DNA from: Eledone cirrhosa
Taxonomy: Eukaryota
Assembly: GCA_964016885.1 (NCBI GenBank)
Contig: OZ024741.1
Coordinates: 361,770,001 to 361,834,000, forward strand
Direction: 5' to 3'
Length of the DNA stretch: 64,000 bases
In this document: in pieces, positions 43,476 to 54,911 of the stretch
How positions within the stretch are numbered: position 1 is the stretch's first letter
How the letters are laid out: each line of letters starts with the position of its first letter
Position numbers and translations under genes: made by a program
Notes under the pieces: generated by a model
The model's database searches: none
The model's input: only the letters and a program-made list of their open reading frames with translations
Told to the model about the DNA's origin: nothing

Positions 43476-46400
43476 CATAAGCATGTGTTTATGATGTTTC
43501 TCATCCCTAGATACCTAAAGCATGTGTTTATGATGTCTCTCTTCTCTAGATACCAGAAGCATATGTTTATGATGTCTCTCTTCCCTAGATACCAGAAGCA
43601 TGTGTTTATGACGTCTCTCTTTCCTAGATACCAGAAGCATGTGTTTATGATGTCTCTCTTCCCTAGATATCACAAGCATGTGTTTATGATGTTTCTCATC
43701 CCTAGATACCTAAAGAATGTGTTTATGATGTCTCTCTTCCCTAGATACCAGAAGCATGTGTTTATGATGTTTCTCAACCCTAAATACCTAAAGCATGTGT
43801 TTATGATGTCTCTCTTCCCTAGATACCAGAAGCATGTGTTTATGATGTCTCCCTTACCTAGATACCAGAAGCATGTGTTTATGATGTCTCTCTTCCCTAG
43901 ATACCAGAAGCATGTGTTTATGATGTCTCTCTTTCATAGATACCAGAAGCATGTGTTTATGATATCTCTCTTCCCTAGATATCACAAGCATGTGTTTATG
44001 ATGTTTATCATCCCTGGATACCTAAAGCATGTCTTTATGATGTCTCTCTTCCCTAGATACCAAAAGCATGTGTTTATGATATCTCTCTTCCCTAGATACC
44101 AGAAGCATGTGTTTATGATGTTTCTCATCCCTTGATACCACAAGCATGTGTTTATGATGTCCCTCTTCCCTAGATACCTAAAGCATGTCTTTATGATGTT
44201 TCTCTTCCCTAGACACCTAAAGCATGTGTTTATGATGTCTCTCTTCCATTGATACATGGAGCATGTGTTTATGATGTCTCTCTTCCCTTGATACATGGAG
44301 CATGTGTTTATGATGTCTCTCTTCCCTAGATACCTAAAGCATGTGTTTATGATGTCTCTCTTCCCTAGATACCAGAAGCACGTCTTTATGATGTCTCTCT
44401 TCCCTAGATACCAGAAGCATTTGTTTATGATGTCTCTCTTCCCTACATACCACAAGCATGTGTTTATGATGTCTCTCTTCCCTAGATACCAGAAGCATGT
44501 GTTTATGATGTTTCTCATCCCTAGATACCTAAAGCATGTGTTTATGATGTCTCTCTTCCCTAGATACCAGAAGCATATGTTTATGATGTCTCCCTTCCCT
44601 AGATACCAGAACCATGTGTTTATAACGTCTCTCTTTCCTAGATACCAGAAGCATGTGTTTATGATGTCTCTCTTCCCTAGATATCACAAGCATGTGTTTA
44701 TGATGTTTCTCATCCCTAGATACCTAAAGAATGTGTTTATGATGTCTCTCTTCCCTAGATACCAGAAGCATGTGTTTATGATGTCTCTCTTCCATTGATA
44801 CATGGAGCATGTGTTTATGATGTCTCTCTTCCCTTGATACATGGTGCATGTGTTTATGATGTCTCTCTTCCCTAGATACCCAAAGCATGTGTTTATGGTG
44901 TCTCTCTTCCCTAGATACGAGAAGAACGTACTTATGATGTCTCTCTTCCCTAGATACCAGAAGCATGTGTTTATGATGTCTCTCTTCCCTACATACCAGA
45001 AGCATGTGTTTATGATGTCTCTCTTCGCTAGATACCAGAAGCATGTGTTTATGATGTCTCTCTTTCCTAGATACCAGAAGCATGTGTTTATGATATCTCT
45101 CTTCCCTAGATATCACAAGCATGTGTTTATGATGTTTCTCATCGCTAGATACCTAAAGCATGTGTTTATGATGTCTCTCTTCCCTAGATACCAGAAGCAT
45201 GTGTTTATGATGTCTCCCTTCCCTAGATACCAGAAGCATGTGTTTATGATGTCTCCCTTCCCTAGATACCAGAAGCATATGTTTATGTTGTCTCTCTTCC
45301 CTAGATACCAGAAGCATGTGTTTATGATGTCTCTCTTCCCTAGATACCAGAAGCATGTGTTTATGATGTTTCTCAACCCTAGATACCTAAAGCATGTGTT
45401 TATGATGTCTCTCTTCCCTAGATACCAGAAGCATATGTTTATGATGTCTCTCTTCCCTAGATACCAGAAGCATGTGTTTATGACGTCTCTCTTTCCTAGA
45501 TACCAGAAGCATGTGTTTATGATGTCTCTCTTCCCTAGACATCACAAGCATGTGTTTATGATGTTTCTCATCCCTAGATACCACAAGCATGTGTTTATGA
45601 TGTCCCTCTTCCCTAGATACCTAAAGCATGTCTTTATGATGTTTCTCTTCCCTAGACACCTAAAGCATGTGTTTATGATGTCTCTCTTCCATTGATACAT
45701 GGAGCATGTGTTTATGATGTCTCTCATCCCTTGATACATGGAGAATGTGTTTATGCTGTCTCTCTTCCCTAGATACCTAAAGCATGTGTTTATGATGTCT
45801 CTCTTCCCTAGATACCAGAAGCACGTATTTATGCTGTCTCTCTTCCCTAGATACCAGAAGCATGTGTTTATGATGTCTCTCTTCCCTAGATACCAGAAGC
45901 ATGTGTTTATGATGTCTCTCTTCCCTAGATATCACAAGCATGTGTTTATGATGTTTCTCATCCCTAGATACCTAAAGAATGTGTTTATGATGTTTCTCTT
46001 CCCTAGATACCAGAAGCATGTGTTTATGATGTTTCTCAACCCTAAATACCTAAAGCATGTGTTTATGATGTCTCTCTTCCCTAGATACCAGAAGCATGTG
46101 TTTATGATGTCTCTCTTTCCTAGATACCAGAAGCATGTGTTTATGATATCTCTCTTCCCTAGATATCACAAGCATGTGTTTATGATGTTTATCATCCCTG
46201 GATACCTAAAGCATGTCTTTATGATGTCTCTCTTCCCTAGATACCAAAAGCATGTGTTTATGACATCTCTCTTCCCTAGATACCAGAAGCATGTGTTTAT
46301 GATGTTTCTCAACCCTAAATACCTAAAGCATGTGTTTATGATGTCACTCTTCCCTAGATACCAGAAGCATGTGTTTATGATGTCTCTCTTCCCTACATAC

Positions 46401-49400
46401 CAGAAGCATGTGTTTATGATGTCTCTCTTCGCTAGATACCAGAAGCATGTGTTTATGATGTTTCTCATCCCTAGATACCTAAAGCATGTGTTTATGATGT
46501 CTCTCTTCCCTAGATACCGGAAGCATATGTTTATGATGTCTCTCTTCCCTAGATACCAGAACCATGTGTTTATAACGTCTCTCTTTCCTAGTTACCAGAA
46601 GCATGTGTTTATGATGTCTCTCTTCCCTAGATATCACAAGCATGTGTTTATGATGTTTCTCATCCCTAGATACCTAAAGAATGTGTTTATGATGTCTCTC
46701 TTCCCTAGATACCAGAAGCATGTGTTTATGATGTTTCTCAACCCTAAATACCTAAAGCATGTGTTTATGATGTCTCTCTTCCCTAGATACCAGAAGCATG
46801 TGTTTATGATGTCTCCCTTCCCTAGATACCAGAAGCATGTGTTTATGATGTCTCTCTTTCCTAGATACCAGAAGCATGTGTTTATGATATCTCTCTTCCC
46901 TAGATATCACAAGCATGTGTTTATGATGTTTATCATCCCTGGATACCTAAAGCATGTCTTTATGATGTCTCTCTTCCCTAGATACCAAAAGCATGTGTTT
47001 ATGATATCTCTCTTCCCTAGATACCAGAAGCATGTGTTTATGATGTTTCTCATCCCTTGATACCACAAGCATGTGTTTATGATGTCCCTCTTCCCTAGAT
47101 ACCTAAAGCATGTCTTTATGATGTTTCTCTTCCCTAGACACCTAAAGCATGTGTTTATGATGTCTCTCTTCCATTGATACATGGAGCATGTGTTTATGAT
47201 GTCTCTCTTCCCTTGATACATGGAGCATGTGTTTATGATGTCTCTCTTCCCTAGATACCTAAAGCATGTGTTTATGATGTCTCTCTTCCCTAGATACCAG
47301 AAGCACGTCTTTATGATGTCTCTCTTCCCTAGATACCAGAAGCATTTGTTTATGATGTCTCTCTTCCCTACATACCAGAAGCATGTGTTTATGATGTCTC
47401 TCTTCCCTAGATACCAGAAGCATGTGTTTATGATGTTTCTCATCCCTAGATACCTAAAGCATGTGTTTATGATGTCTCTCTTCCCTAGATACCAGAAGCA
47501 TATGTTTATGATGTCTCTTTTCCCTAGATACCAGAAGCATGTGTTTATGACGTCTCTCTTTCCTAGATACCAGAAGCATGTGTTTATGATGTCTCTCTTC
47601 CCTAGACATCACAAGCATGTGTTTATGATGTTTCTCATCCCTAGATACCTAAAGAATGTGTTTATGATGTCTCTCTTCCCTAGATACCAGAAGCATGTGT
47701 TTATGATGTTTCTCATCGCTAGATACTTAAAGCATGTGTTTATGATATCTCTCTTCCTTAGATACCAGAAGCATGTGTTTATGATGTCTCCCTTCCCTAG
47801 ATACCAGAAGCATGTGTTTATGATGTCTCTCTTCCTTAGATACCAGAAGCATATGTTTATGATGTCTCTCTTCCCTAGATATCACAAGCATGTGTTTAGA
47901 TGTTTCTCATCCCTAGATACCTAAAGAATGTGTTTATGATGTCTCTCTTCCCTAGATACCTGAAGCATGTGTTTATGATGTCTCTCTTCCCTAGATACCA
48001 GAAGCATATGTTTATGATGTCTCTCTTCCCTAGATACCAGAAGCATGTGTTTATGATGTCTCTCTTTCCTAGATACCAGAAGCATGTGTTTATGATATCT
48101 CTCTTCCCTAGATATCACAAGCATGTGTTTATGATGTTTATCATCCCTGGATACCTAAAGCATGTCTTTATGATGTCTCTCTTCCCTAGATACCAGAAGC
48201 ATGTGTTTATGATGTTTCTCATACCTAGATACCTAAAGCATGTGTTTATGATGTCTCTCTTCCCTAGATACCAGAAGCATGTGTTTATGATGTCTCTCTT
48301 CCCTAGATACCACGAGCATGTGTTTATGATGTCTCTCTTCCCTAGATACCAAAAGCATGTGTTTATGATATCTTTCTTCCCTAGATACCAGAAGCATGTG
48401 TTTATGATGTTTCTCATCCCTAGATACCACAAGCATGTGTTTATGATGTCCCTCTTCCCTAGATACCTAAAGCATGTCTTTATGATGTTTCTCTTCCCTA
48501 GACACCTAAAGCATGTGTTTATGATGTCTCTCTTCCATTGATACATGGAGCATGTGTTTATGATGTCTCTCTTCCCTTGATACACGGTGCATGTGTTTAT
48601 GATGTCTCTCTTCCCTAGATACCCAAAGCATGTGTTTATGATGTCTCTCTTCCCTAGATACCAGAAGCACGTATTTATGATGTCTCTCTTCCCTAGATAC
48701 CAGAAGCATGTGTTTATGATGTCTCTCTTCCCTAAATACCAGAAGCATGTGTTTATGATGTCTCTCTTCGCTAGATACCAGAAGCATGTGTTTATGATGT
48801 TTCTCATCCCTAGATACCTAAAGCATGTATTTATGATGTCTCTCTTCCCTAGATACCAGAAGCATATGTTTATGATGTCTCTCTTCCCTAGATACCAGAA
48901 CCATGTGTTTATAACGTCTCTCTTTCCTAGATACCAGAAGCATGTGTTTATGATGTCTCTCTTCCCTAGATATCACAAGCATGTGTTTATGATGTTTCTC
49001 ATCCCTAGATACCTAAAGAATGTGTTTATGATGTCTCTCTTCCCTAGATACCAGAAGCATGTGTTTATGATGTTTCTCATCGCTAGATACCTAAAGCATG
49101 TGTTTATGATGTCTCTCTTCCCTAGATACCAGAAGCATGTGTTTATGATGTCTCCCTTCCCTAGATACCAGAAGCATGTGTTTATGATGTCTCTCTTCCC
49201 TAGATACCAGAAGCATATGTTTATGATGTCTCTCTTCCCTAGATACCAGAAGCATGTGTTTATGATGTCTCCCTTCCCTAGATACCAGAAGCATGCGTTT
49301 ATGATGTTTCTCATCCCTAGATACCTAAAGCATGTGTTTATGATGTCTCTGTTCCCTAGATACCAGAAGCATATGTTTATGATGTCTCTCTTCCCTAGAT

Positions 49401-52400
49401 ACCAGAAGCATGTGTTTATGACGTCTCTCTTTCCTAGATACCAGAAGCATGTGTTTATGATGTCTCTCTTCCCTAGACATCACAAGCATGTGTTTATGAT
49501 GTTTCTCATCCCTAGATACCACAAGCATGTGTTTATGATGTCCCTCTTCCCTAGATACCTAAAGCATGTCTTTATGATGTTTCTCTTCCCTAGACACCTA
49601 AAGCATGTGTTTACGATGTCTCTCTTCCATTGATACATGGAGCATGTGTTTATGATGTCTCTCTTCCCTTGATACATGGAGAATGTGTTTATGATGTCTC
49701 TCTTCCCTAGATACCTAAAGCATGTGTTTATGATGTCTCTCTTCCCTAGATACCAGAAGCACGTATTTATGATGTCTCTCTTCCCTAGATACCAGAAGCA
49801 TGTGTTTATGATGTCTCTCTTCCCTACATACCAGAAGCATGTGTTTATGATGTCTCTCTTCCCTAGATACCAGAAGCATGTGTTTATGATGTTTCTCATC
49901 CCTAGATACCTAAAGCATGTGTTTATGATGTCTCTCTTCTCTAGATACCAGAAGCATATGTTTATGATGTCTCTCTTCCCTAGATACCAGAAGCATGTGT
50001 TTATGACGTCTCTCTTTCCTAGATACCAGTAGCATGTGTTTATGATGTCTCTCTTCCCTAGATATCACAAGCATGTGTTTATGATGTTTCTCATCCCTAG
50101 ATACCTAAAGAATGTGTTTATGATGTCTCTCTTCCCTAGATACCTGAAGCATTTGTTTATGATGTTTCTCATCGCTAGATACCTAAAGCATGTGTTTATG
50201 ATGTCTCTCTTCCCTAGATACCAGAAGCATGTGTTTATGATGTCTCCCTTCCCTAGATACCAGAAGCATGTGTTTATGATGTCTCTCTTCCCTAGATACC
50301 AGAAGCATATGTTTATGATGTCTCTCTTCCCTAGATACCAGAAGCATGTGTTTATGATGTCTCTCTTTCCTAGATACCAGAAGCATGTGTTTATGGTATC
50401 TCTCTTCCCTAGATATCACAAGCATGTGTTTATGATGTTTATCATCCCTGGATACCTAAAGCATGTCTTTATGATGTCTCTCTTCCCTAGATACCAGAAG
50501 CATGTGTTTATGATGTTTCTCATACCTAGATACCTAAAGCATGTGTTTATGATGTCTCTCTTCCCTAGATACCAGAAGCATGTGTTTATGATGTCTCTCT
50601 TCCCTAGATACCACGAGCATGTGTTTATGATGTCTCTCTTCCCTAGATACCAAAAGCATGTGTTTATGATATCTCTCTTCCCTAGATACCAGAAGCATGT
50701 GTTTATGATGTTTCTCATCCCTAGATACCACAAGCATGTGTTTATGATGTCCCTCTTCCCTAGATACCTAAAGCATGTCTTTATGATGTTTCTCTTCCCT
50801 AGACACCTAAAGCATGTGTTTATGATGTCTCTCTTCCATTGATACATGGAGCATGTGTTCATGATGTCTCTCTTCCCTAGATACCCAAAGCATGTGTTTA
50901 TGGTGTCTCTCTTCCCTAGATACCAGAAGCACGTACTTATGATGTCTCTCTTCCCTAGATACCAGAAGCATGTGTTTATGATGTCTCTCTTCCCTACATA
51001 CCAGAAGCATGTGTTTATGATGTCTCTCTTCGCTAGATACCAGAAGCATGTGTTTATGATGTTTCTCATCCCTAGATACCTAAAGCATGTGTTTATGATA
51101 TCTCTCTTCCCTAGATACCAGAAGCATATGTTTATGATGTCTCTCTTCCCTAGATACCAGAACCATGTGTTTATAACGTCTCTCTTTCCTAGATACCAGA
51201 AGCATGTGTTTATGATGTCTCTCTTCCCTAGATATCACAAGCATGTGTTTATGATGTTTCTCATCCCTAGATACCTAAAGAATGTGTTTATGATGTCTCT
51301 CTTCCCTAGATACCAGAAGCATGTGTTTATGATGTTTCTCATCGCTAGATACCTAAAGCATGTGTTTATGATGTCTCTCTTCCCTAGATACCAGAAGCAT
51401 GTGTTTATGATGTCTCCCTTCCCTAGATACCAGAAGCATGTGTTTATGATGTCTCTCTTCCCTAGATACCAGAAGCATATGTTTATGATGTCTCTCTCTT
51501 CCCTAGATACCAGAAGCATGTGTTTATGATGTCTCTCTTTCCTAGATACCAGAAGCATGTGTTTATGATATCTCTCTTCCCTAGATATCACAAGCATGTG
51601 TTTATGATGTTTATCATCCCTGGATACCTAAAGCATGTCTTTATGATGTCTCTCTTCCCTAGATACCAAAAGCATGTGTTTATGATATCTCTCTTCCCTA
51701 GATACCAGAAGCATGTGTTTATGATGTTTCTCATCCCTTGATACCACAAGCATGTGTTTATGATGTCCCTCTTCCCTAGATACCTAAAGCATGTCTTTAT
51801 GATGTTTCTCTTCCCTAGACACCTAAAGCATGTGTTTATGATGTCTCTCTTCCATTGATACATGGAGCATGTGTTTATGATGTCTCTCTTCCCTAGATAC
51901 CAGAAGCATTTGTTTATGATGTCTCTCTTCCCTACATACCAGAAGCATGTGTTTATGATGTCTCTCTTCCCTAGATACCAGAAGCATGTGTTTATGATGT
52001 TTCTCATCCCTAGATACCTAAAGCATGTGTTTATGATGTCTCTCTTCCCTAGATACCAGAAGCATATGTTTATGATGTCTCTCTTCCCTAGATACCAGAA
52101 GCATGTGTTTATGACGTCTCTCTTTCCTAGATACCAGAAGCATGTGTTTATGATGTCTCTCTTCCCTAGACATCACAAGCATGTGTTTATGATGTTTCTC
52201 ATCCCTAGATACCTAAAGAATGTGTTTATGATGTCTCTCTTCCCTAGATACCAGAAGCATGTGTTTATGATGTTTCTCATCGCTAGATACCTAAAGCATG
52301 TGTTTATGATGTCTCTCTTCCTTAGATACCAGAAGCATGTGTTTATGATGTCTCCCTTCCCTAGATACCAGAAGCATGTGTTTATGATGTCTCTCTTCCC

Positions 52401-53256
52401 TAGATACCAGAAGCATATGTTTATGATGTCTCTCTTCCCTAGATACCAGAAGCATGTGTTTATGATGTCTCTCTTTCCTAGATACCAGAAGCATGTGTTT
52501 ATGATATCTCTCTTCCCTAGATATCACAAGCATGTGTTTATGATGTTTATCATCCCTGGATACCTAAAGCATGTCTTTATGATGTTTCTCTTCCCTAGAT
52601 ACCTAAAGCATGTCTTTATGATGTTTCTCTTCCCTAGATACCTAAAGCATGTTTCTATGATGTTTCTCTTCCCTAGATACCAGAAGCATGTGTTTATGAT
52701 GTCTTCTTTAGATACCTAAAGCATGTGTTTATGATACTTCTCTTCCCTTGATACATGGAACATGTGTTTATGAAGTCTCTCTTACCTGGATACCAGAAGC
52801 ATGTGTTTATGATGTCTCTCTTCCATACCAGAAGTATGTGTTTGTAGTGAACTTCTACCCTTGTTGCTCAAAGCATGTACTTATTTCAGTTAATGGTTAA
52901 ACCAGCCCCGGAAACCATGGTTCATAAAGTGTGATATAAACAACAATTAAAAATAAACAAGTCATGTACAAACAAAGTTGAAGGGTTAAGTGAGAGAGAA
53001 TAATTTCAATTTTTCCAGCTTTCTGAATTTCGTTGTAATTACATATGTCTATAAGAAAATTGACATGAATTCAAACACAGTCATACCCTCATAAACAATC
53101 ACTTATTCATGGATATTATGCCTTGTAACTTTTGTCATTAACAATGTTTTGGATCAGTGGCCCAAGCATGTTTTCAGTGGTTAATACAGCCAGAGCTAAT
53201 TTTATTTGAATTCAAAGTTTCCTGATCCACACTATTGTATTTCAACATGATAATAA

Positions 53257-53440
53257 CTGTTTCTACTTTTGGCACAAGGCCAGCAATTTCCCCAGTGGAT
53301 TACTGGTGCTTTATTTTATCGTAAGGATGAAAGGTAAAAAGCTAACCTTGGCAGGATTTGAACTCAGGACGTAAAGGGTCGTAACTCTATGCTGCAAAGC
53401 ATGGTGTCTGATGCCCTACCAATACTGCCAACCCACCACC
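53257..53440 (-). mobile_element. tRNA-derived SINE with Deu/Nin-like central domain
   Basis: The minus strand has Pol III box A TGGCAGTATTGG (53419-53430) and box B GAGTTCAAATCC (53354-53365), followed by a CCTTTCATCCTT...CGATAAAATAAAGCACCAGT core. It is flanked by near-identical TCAACATG(A/T)TAATAA at 53242 and 53442. Confidence 0.8.
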
Positions 53441-53456
53441 ATCAACATGTTAATAA

Positions 53457-53561
53457 TTGTTTCTTCTTTTGGCACAAAGCCAGCAATTACCCAGTACATT
53501 ACTGGTACTTTATTTTATCGACCCCGTAAGGATGAAAGGCAAAGTTAACATCGGTGGGATT
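53457..53561 (-). mobile_element. 5'-truncated second copy of the same SINE family
   Basis: Aligns to 53257-53360 at about 200 bp offset. Minus-strand core reads CTTTGCCTTTCATCCTTACGGGGTCGATAAAATAAAGTACCAGT. Confidence 0.8.
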
Positions 53562-53854
53562 GCCTTCCTCATCTCCACCTTCACACCATAAACATATTTT
53601 TAGCTTTGCTGTGAAAATAGACCCCACCATGGTTAAAATATAGGTCTCTTAGAGATCAGGAAAGAAGAATAAGTTGATTAATTAATTATTTTCACTTTTC
53701 ATAAATCAGGATGGCTAATTGACAAAACAAATTTGTTTATTCAAAACATGATTGCAACTCTGTTTCCAAATTTAATTTCAAACACGCTATGCTAGTGTTC
53801 CAGTTAAATAATATGTATGACCATACCCAATTGACACTGTCAGCTAGTTTTTTT

Positions 53855-54155
53855 GGTGCCATGATAAAAAACATCTAGTCTATACAGTAAGGTAGTCATG
53901 CTGGTGAAATGATGAAAAAGGGCCCAGTTGAACATGTCAGTTGGTAATTTTGGTGACGAGACAAAAAGCATTCAGTCCATGCTGTAAATGTGTTTGGTAT
54001 TAGGAAGGGCATCTAGCCATAGAAACCAAGCCAGAAACAGTTCTGTATGAGCAAGACATGGTTAACTGATCTAACATGTCTTGCAATGGGACAACCTGTC
54101 TAGCTCATGCTAGTGTGGAAAATGGACATTAAACGGTGATGATGATGATGACGAC
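53855..54155 (+). mobile_element. Non-autonomous SINE-like retroelement remnant with RTE-type 3' tail
   Basis: Core GGTATTAGGAAGGGCATCTAGCCATAGAAAC is also found at ~57090-57120 (-) and ~63918-63948 (+). It ends in CATGCTAGTGTGGAAAATGGACATTAAAC(GAT)n, matching the 3' ends of the RTE LINEs in this window. Degenerate GGTG...AAAAA...CAGT sub-repeats lie upstream. Confidence 0.7.
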
Positions 54156-54195
54156 TAACTTTACACCACTATGTAAATAAGAACAAGCCAAGTCC

Positions 54196-54436
54196 ATGCA
54201 AAAGATTTGTGCAAAACTAGTGCCCAAAACTTGTTTATGGAGCAAAAACGAACCAATTGGAAATTTGTCAGGATTTGCTAAAAAGACTCGAAATTGAGAC
54301 AAATTTCTTGGATAAAATAATAACAGGAGATGAGTCATGGGCATTTGAGTATGATCCAGAGATAAAACAACAAAGTGAGGAGTGGCGTATGAAAGATTCT
54401 CCTCGTTTGAAGAAAGCACACATGAACAGATCTAGA
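54196..54436 (+). pseudogene. Mariner (Tc1/mariner) transposase fragment
   Basis: MQKICAKLVPK (WVPH-type linker motif), then after a frameshift EICQDLLKR...FLDKIITGDESWAFEYDPEIKQQSEEW...SPRLKKA, which includes the first catalytic Asp (TGDE). The rest of the catalytic domain and the TIRs are not visible. Confidence 0.9.
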
Positions 54437-54589
54437 TTCATAATGTATTATCTAAACAAAACTAGTTTTCTTATGGTGAAAAGAGTTGTTCTTAGGTCAA
54501 ACAGTAATCAGGCTCCAGTGAATAACATGAAAGGTTATCAATTCTGCCCCTCCCTTTGCTGCCACTACAAGAATTGAAGGAGAAGAAAT

Positions 54590-54652
54590 GACAATACAAT
54601 ACAATCTAGTACACTACAAATACAGTACAATACAGTATATTACAGTACAGTA
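54590..54652. repeat. Imperfect (TACAA/TACAG)n pentanucleotide microsatellite
   Basis: Read directly from the sequence. Confidence 0.85.
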
Positions 54653-54828
54653 TTTATTCCTACTATAAAGGGAGAGTAGCGCTAATGTCTATATTTACAC
54701 AACACTACCCCATTTTTGAAATGAAAGATAATCTTTGCTAATTACTTCTAACAATAGATTGCATTAGTCCCACAGTCAGACACCTAAAAAAATATTGAGA
54801 CCTTTCTTTTCTTTTATATTTATTTAGG

Positions 54829-54911
54829 CACACACACATACAAATACAGACATTGTGTGTGTATGTGTATGTATGTATATATATATATATTTATATATGC
54901 ATGTGTGTATA
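54829..54911. repeat. Compound (CA)n/(TG)n/(TATG)n/(TA)n microsatellite
   Basis: Read directly from the sequence. Confidence 0.85.

Larger units (their letters stand above)
1..52884. repeat. 39-bp tandem satellite array, ~1,356 head-to-tail monomers in a single orientation, truncated by the left window edge
   Basis: Consensus ATGATGTCTCTCTTCCCTAGATACCAGAAGCATGTGTTT repeats continuously. The 39-bp phase can be followed arithmetically from 1 to 52696 with nine small indels. Monomers usually differ from consensus by a few substitutions drawn from a recurrent set. The last 4-5 units are degenerate. Confidence 0.99.

Noticed and set aside
220-52533. Minus-strand His-rich ORFs (MLLVSREERHHKH)n as metal-binding proteins
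   Set aside because: The very common CCTAAA variant puts a TAG in this frame every few units.
1-52719. Long plus-strand ORFs (MMSLFPRYQKHVF)n up to 606 aa as real genes
   Set aside because: They follow automatically from a stop-free frame in a 39-bp unit. Recurrent TGA variants and frameshifts break them, and there is no unique N- or C-terminal sequence or recognisable domain.
52748-52775. Satellite monomer derived from the RTE/SINE 3' tail (ATGGAACATGTGT vs ATGGAAAACATGTGT at ~57352)
   Set aside because: The match is short and AT-rich, and it is not shared by the better-preserved tails.
1-52884. CRISPR array or diversity-generating cassette array
   Set aside because: There are no unique spacers, variation is a small recurrent set of SNPs inherited in blocks, no cas genes are present, and the nearby RTs are ordinary LINE RTs in a eukaryotic context.
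1-52884. Stop-containing frames opened by a ciliate-type code or by A-to-I editing (THASGI*GRETS*, DVSLP*IPEACVY)
   Set aside because: The flanking elements look metazoan and the LINE ORF ends at a TAA stop. Read-through would need editing of essentially every unit, and nothing in the sequence supports that.
54257-54577. 106-aa ORF as an intact gene or SETMAR-like fusion exon
   Set aside because: It starts at a non-ATG codon, mariner similarity stops after ~60 aa, and the upstream motif is frameshifted.
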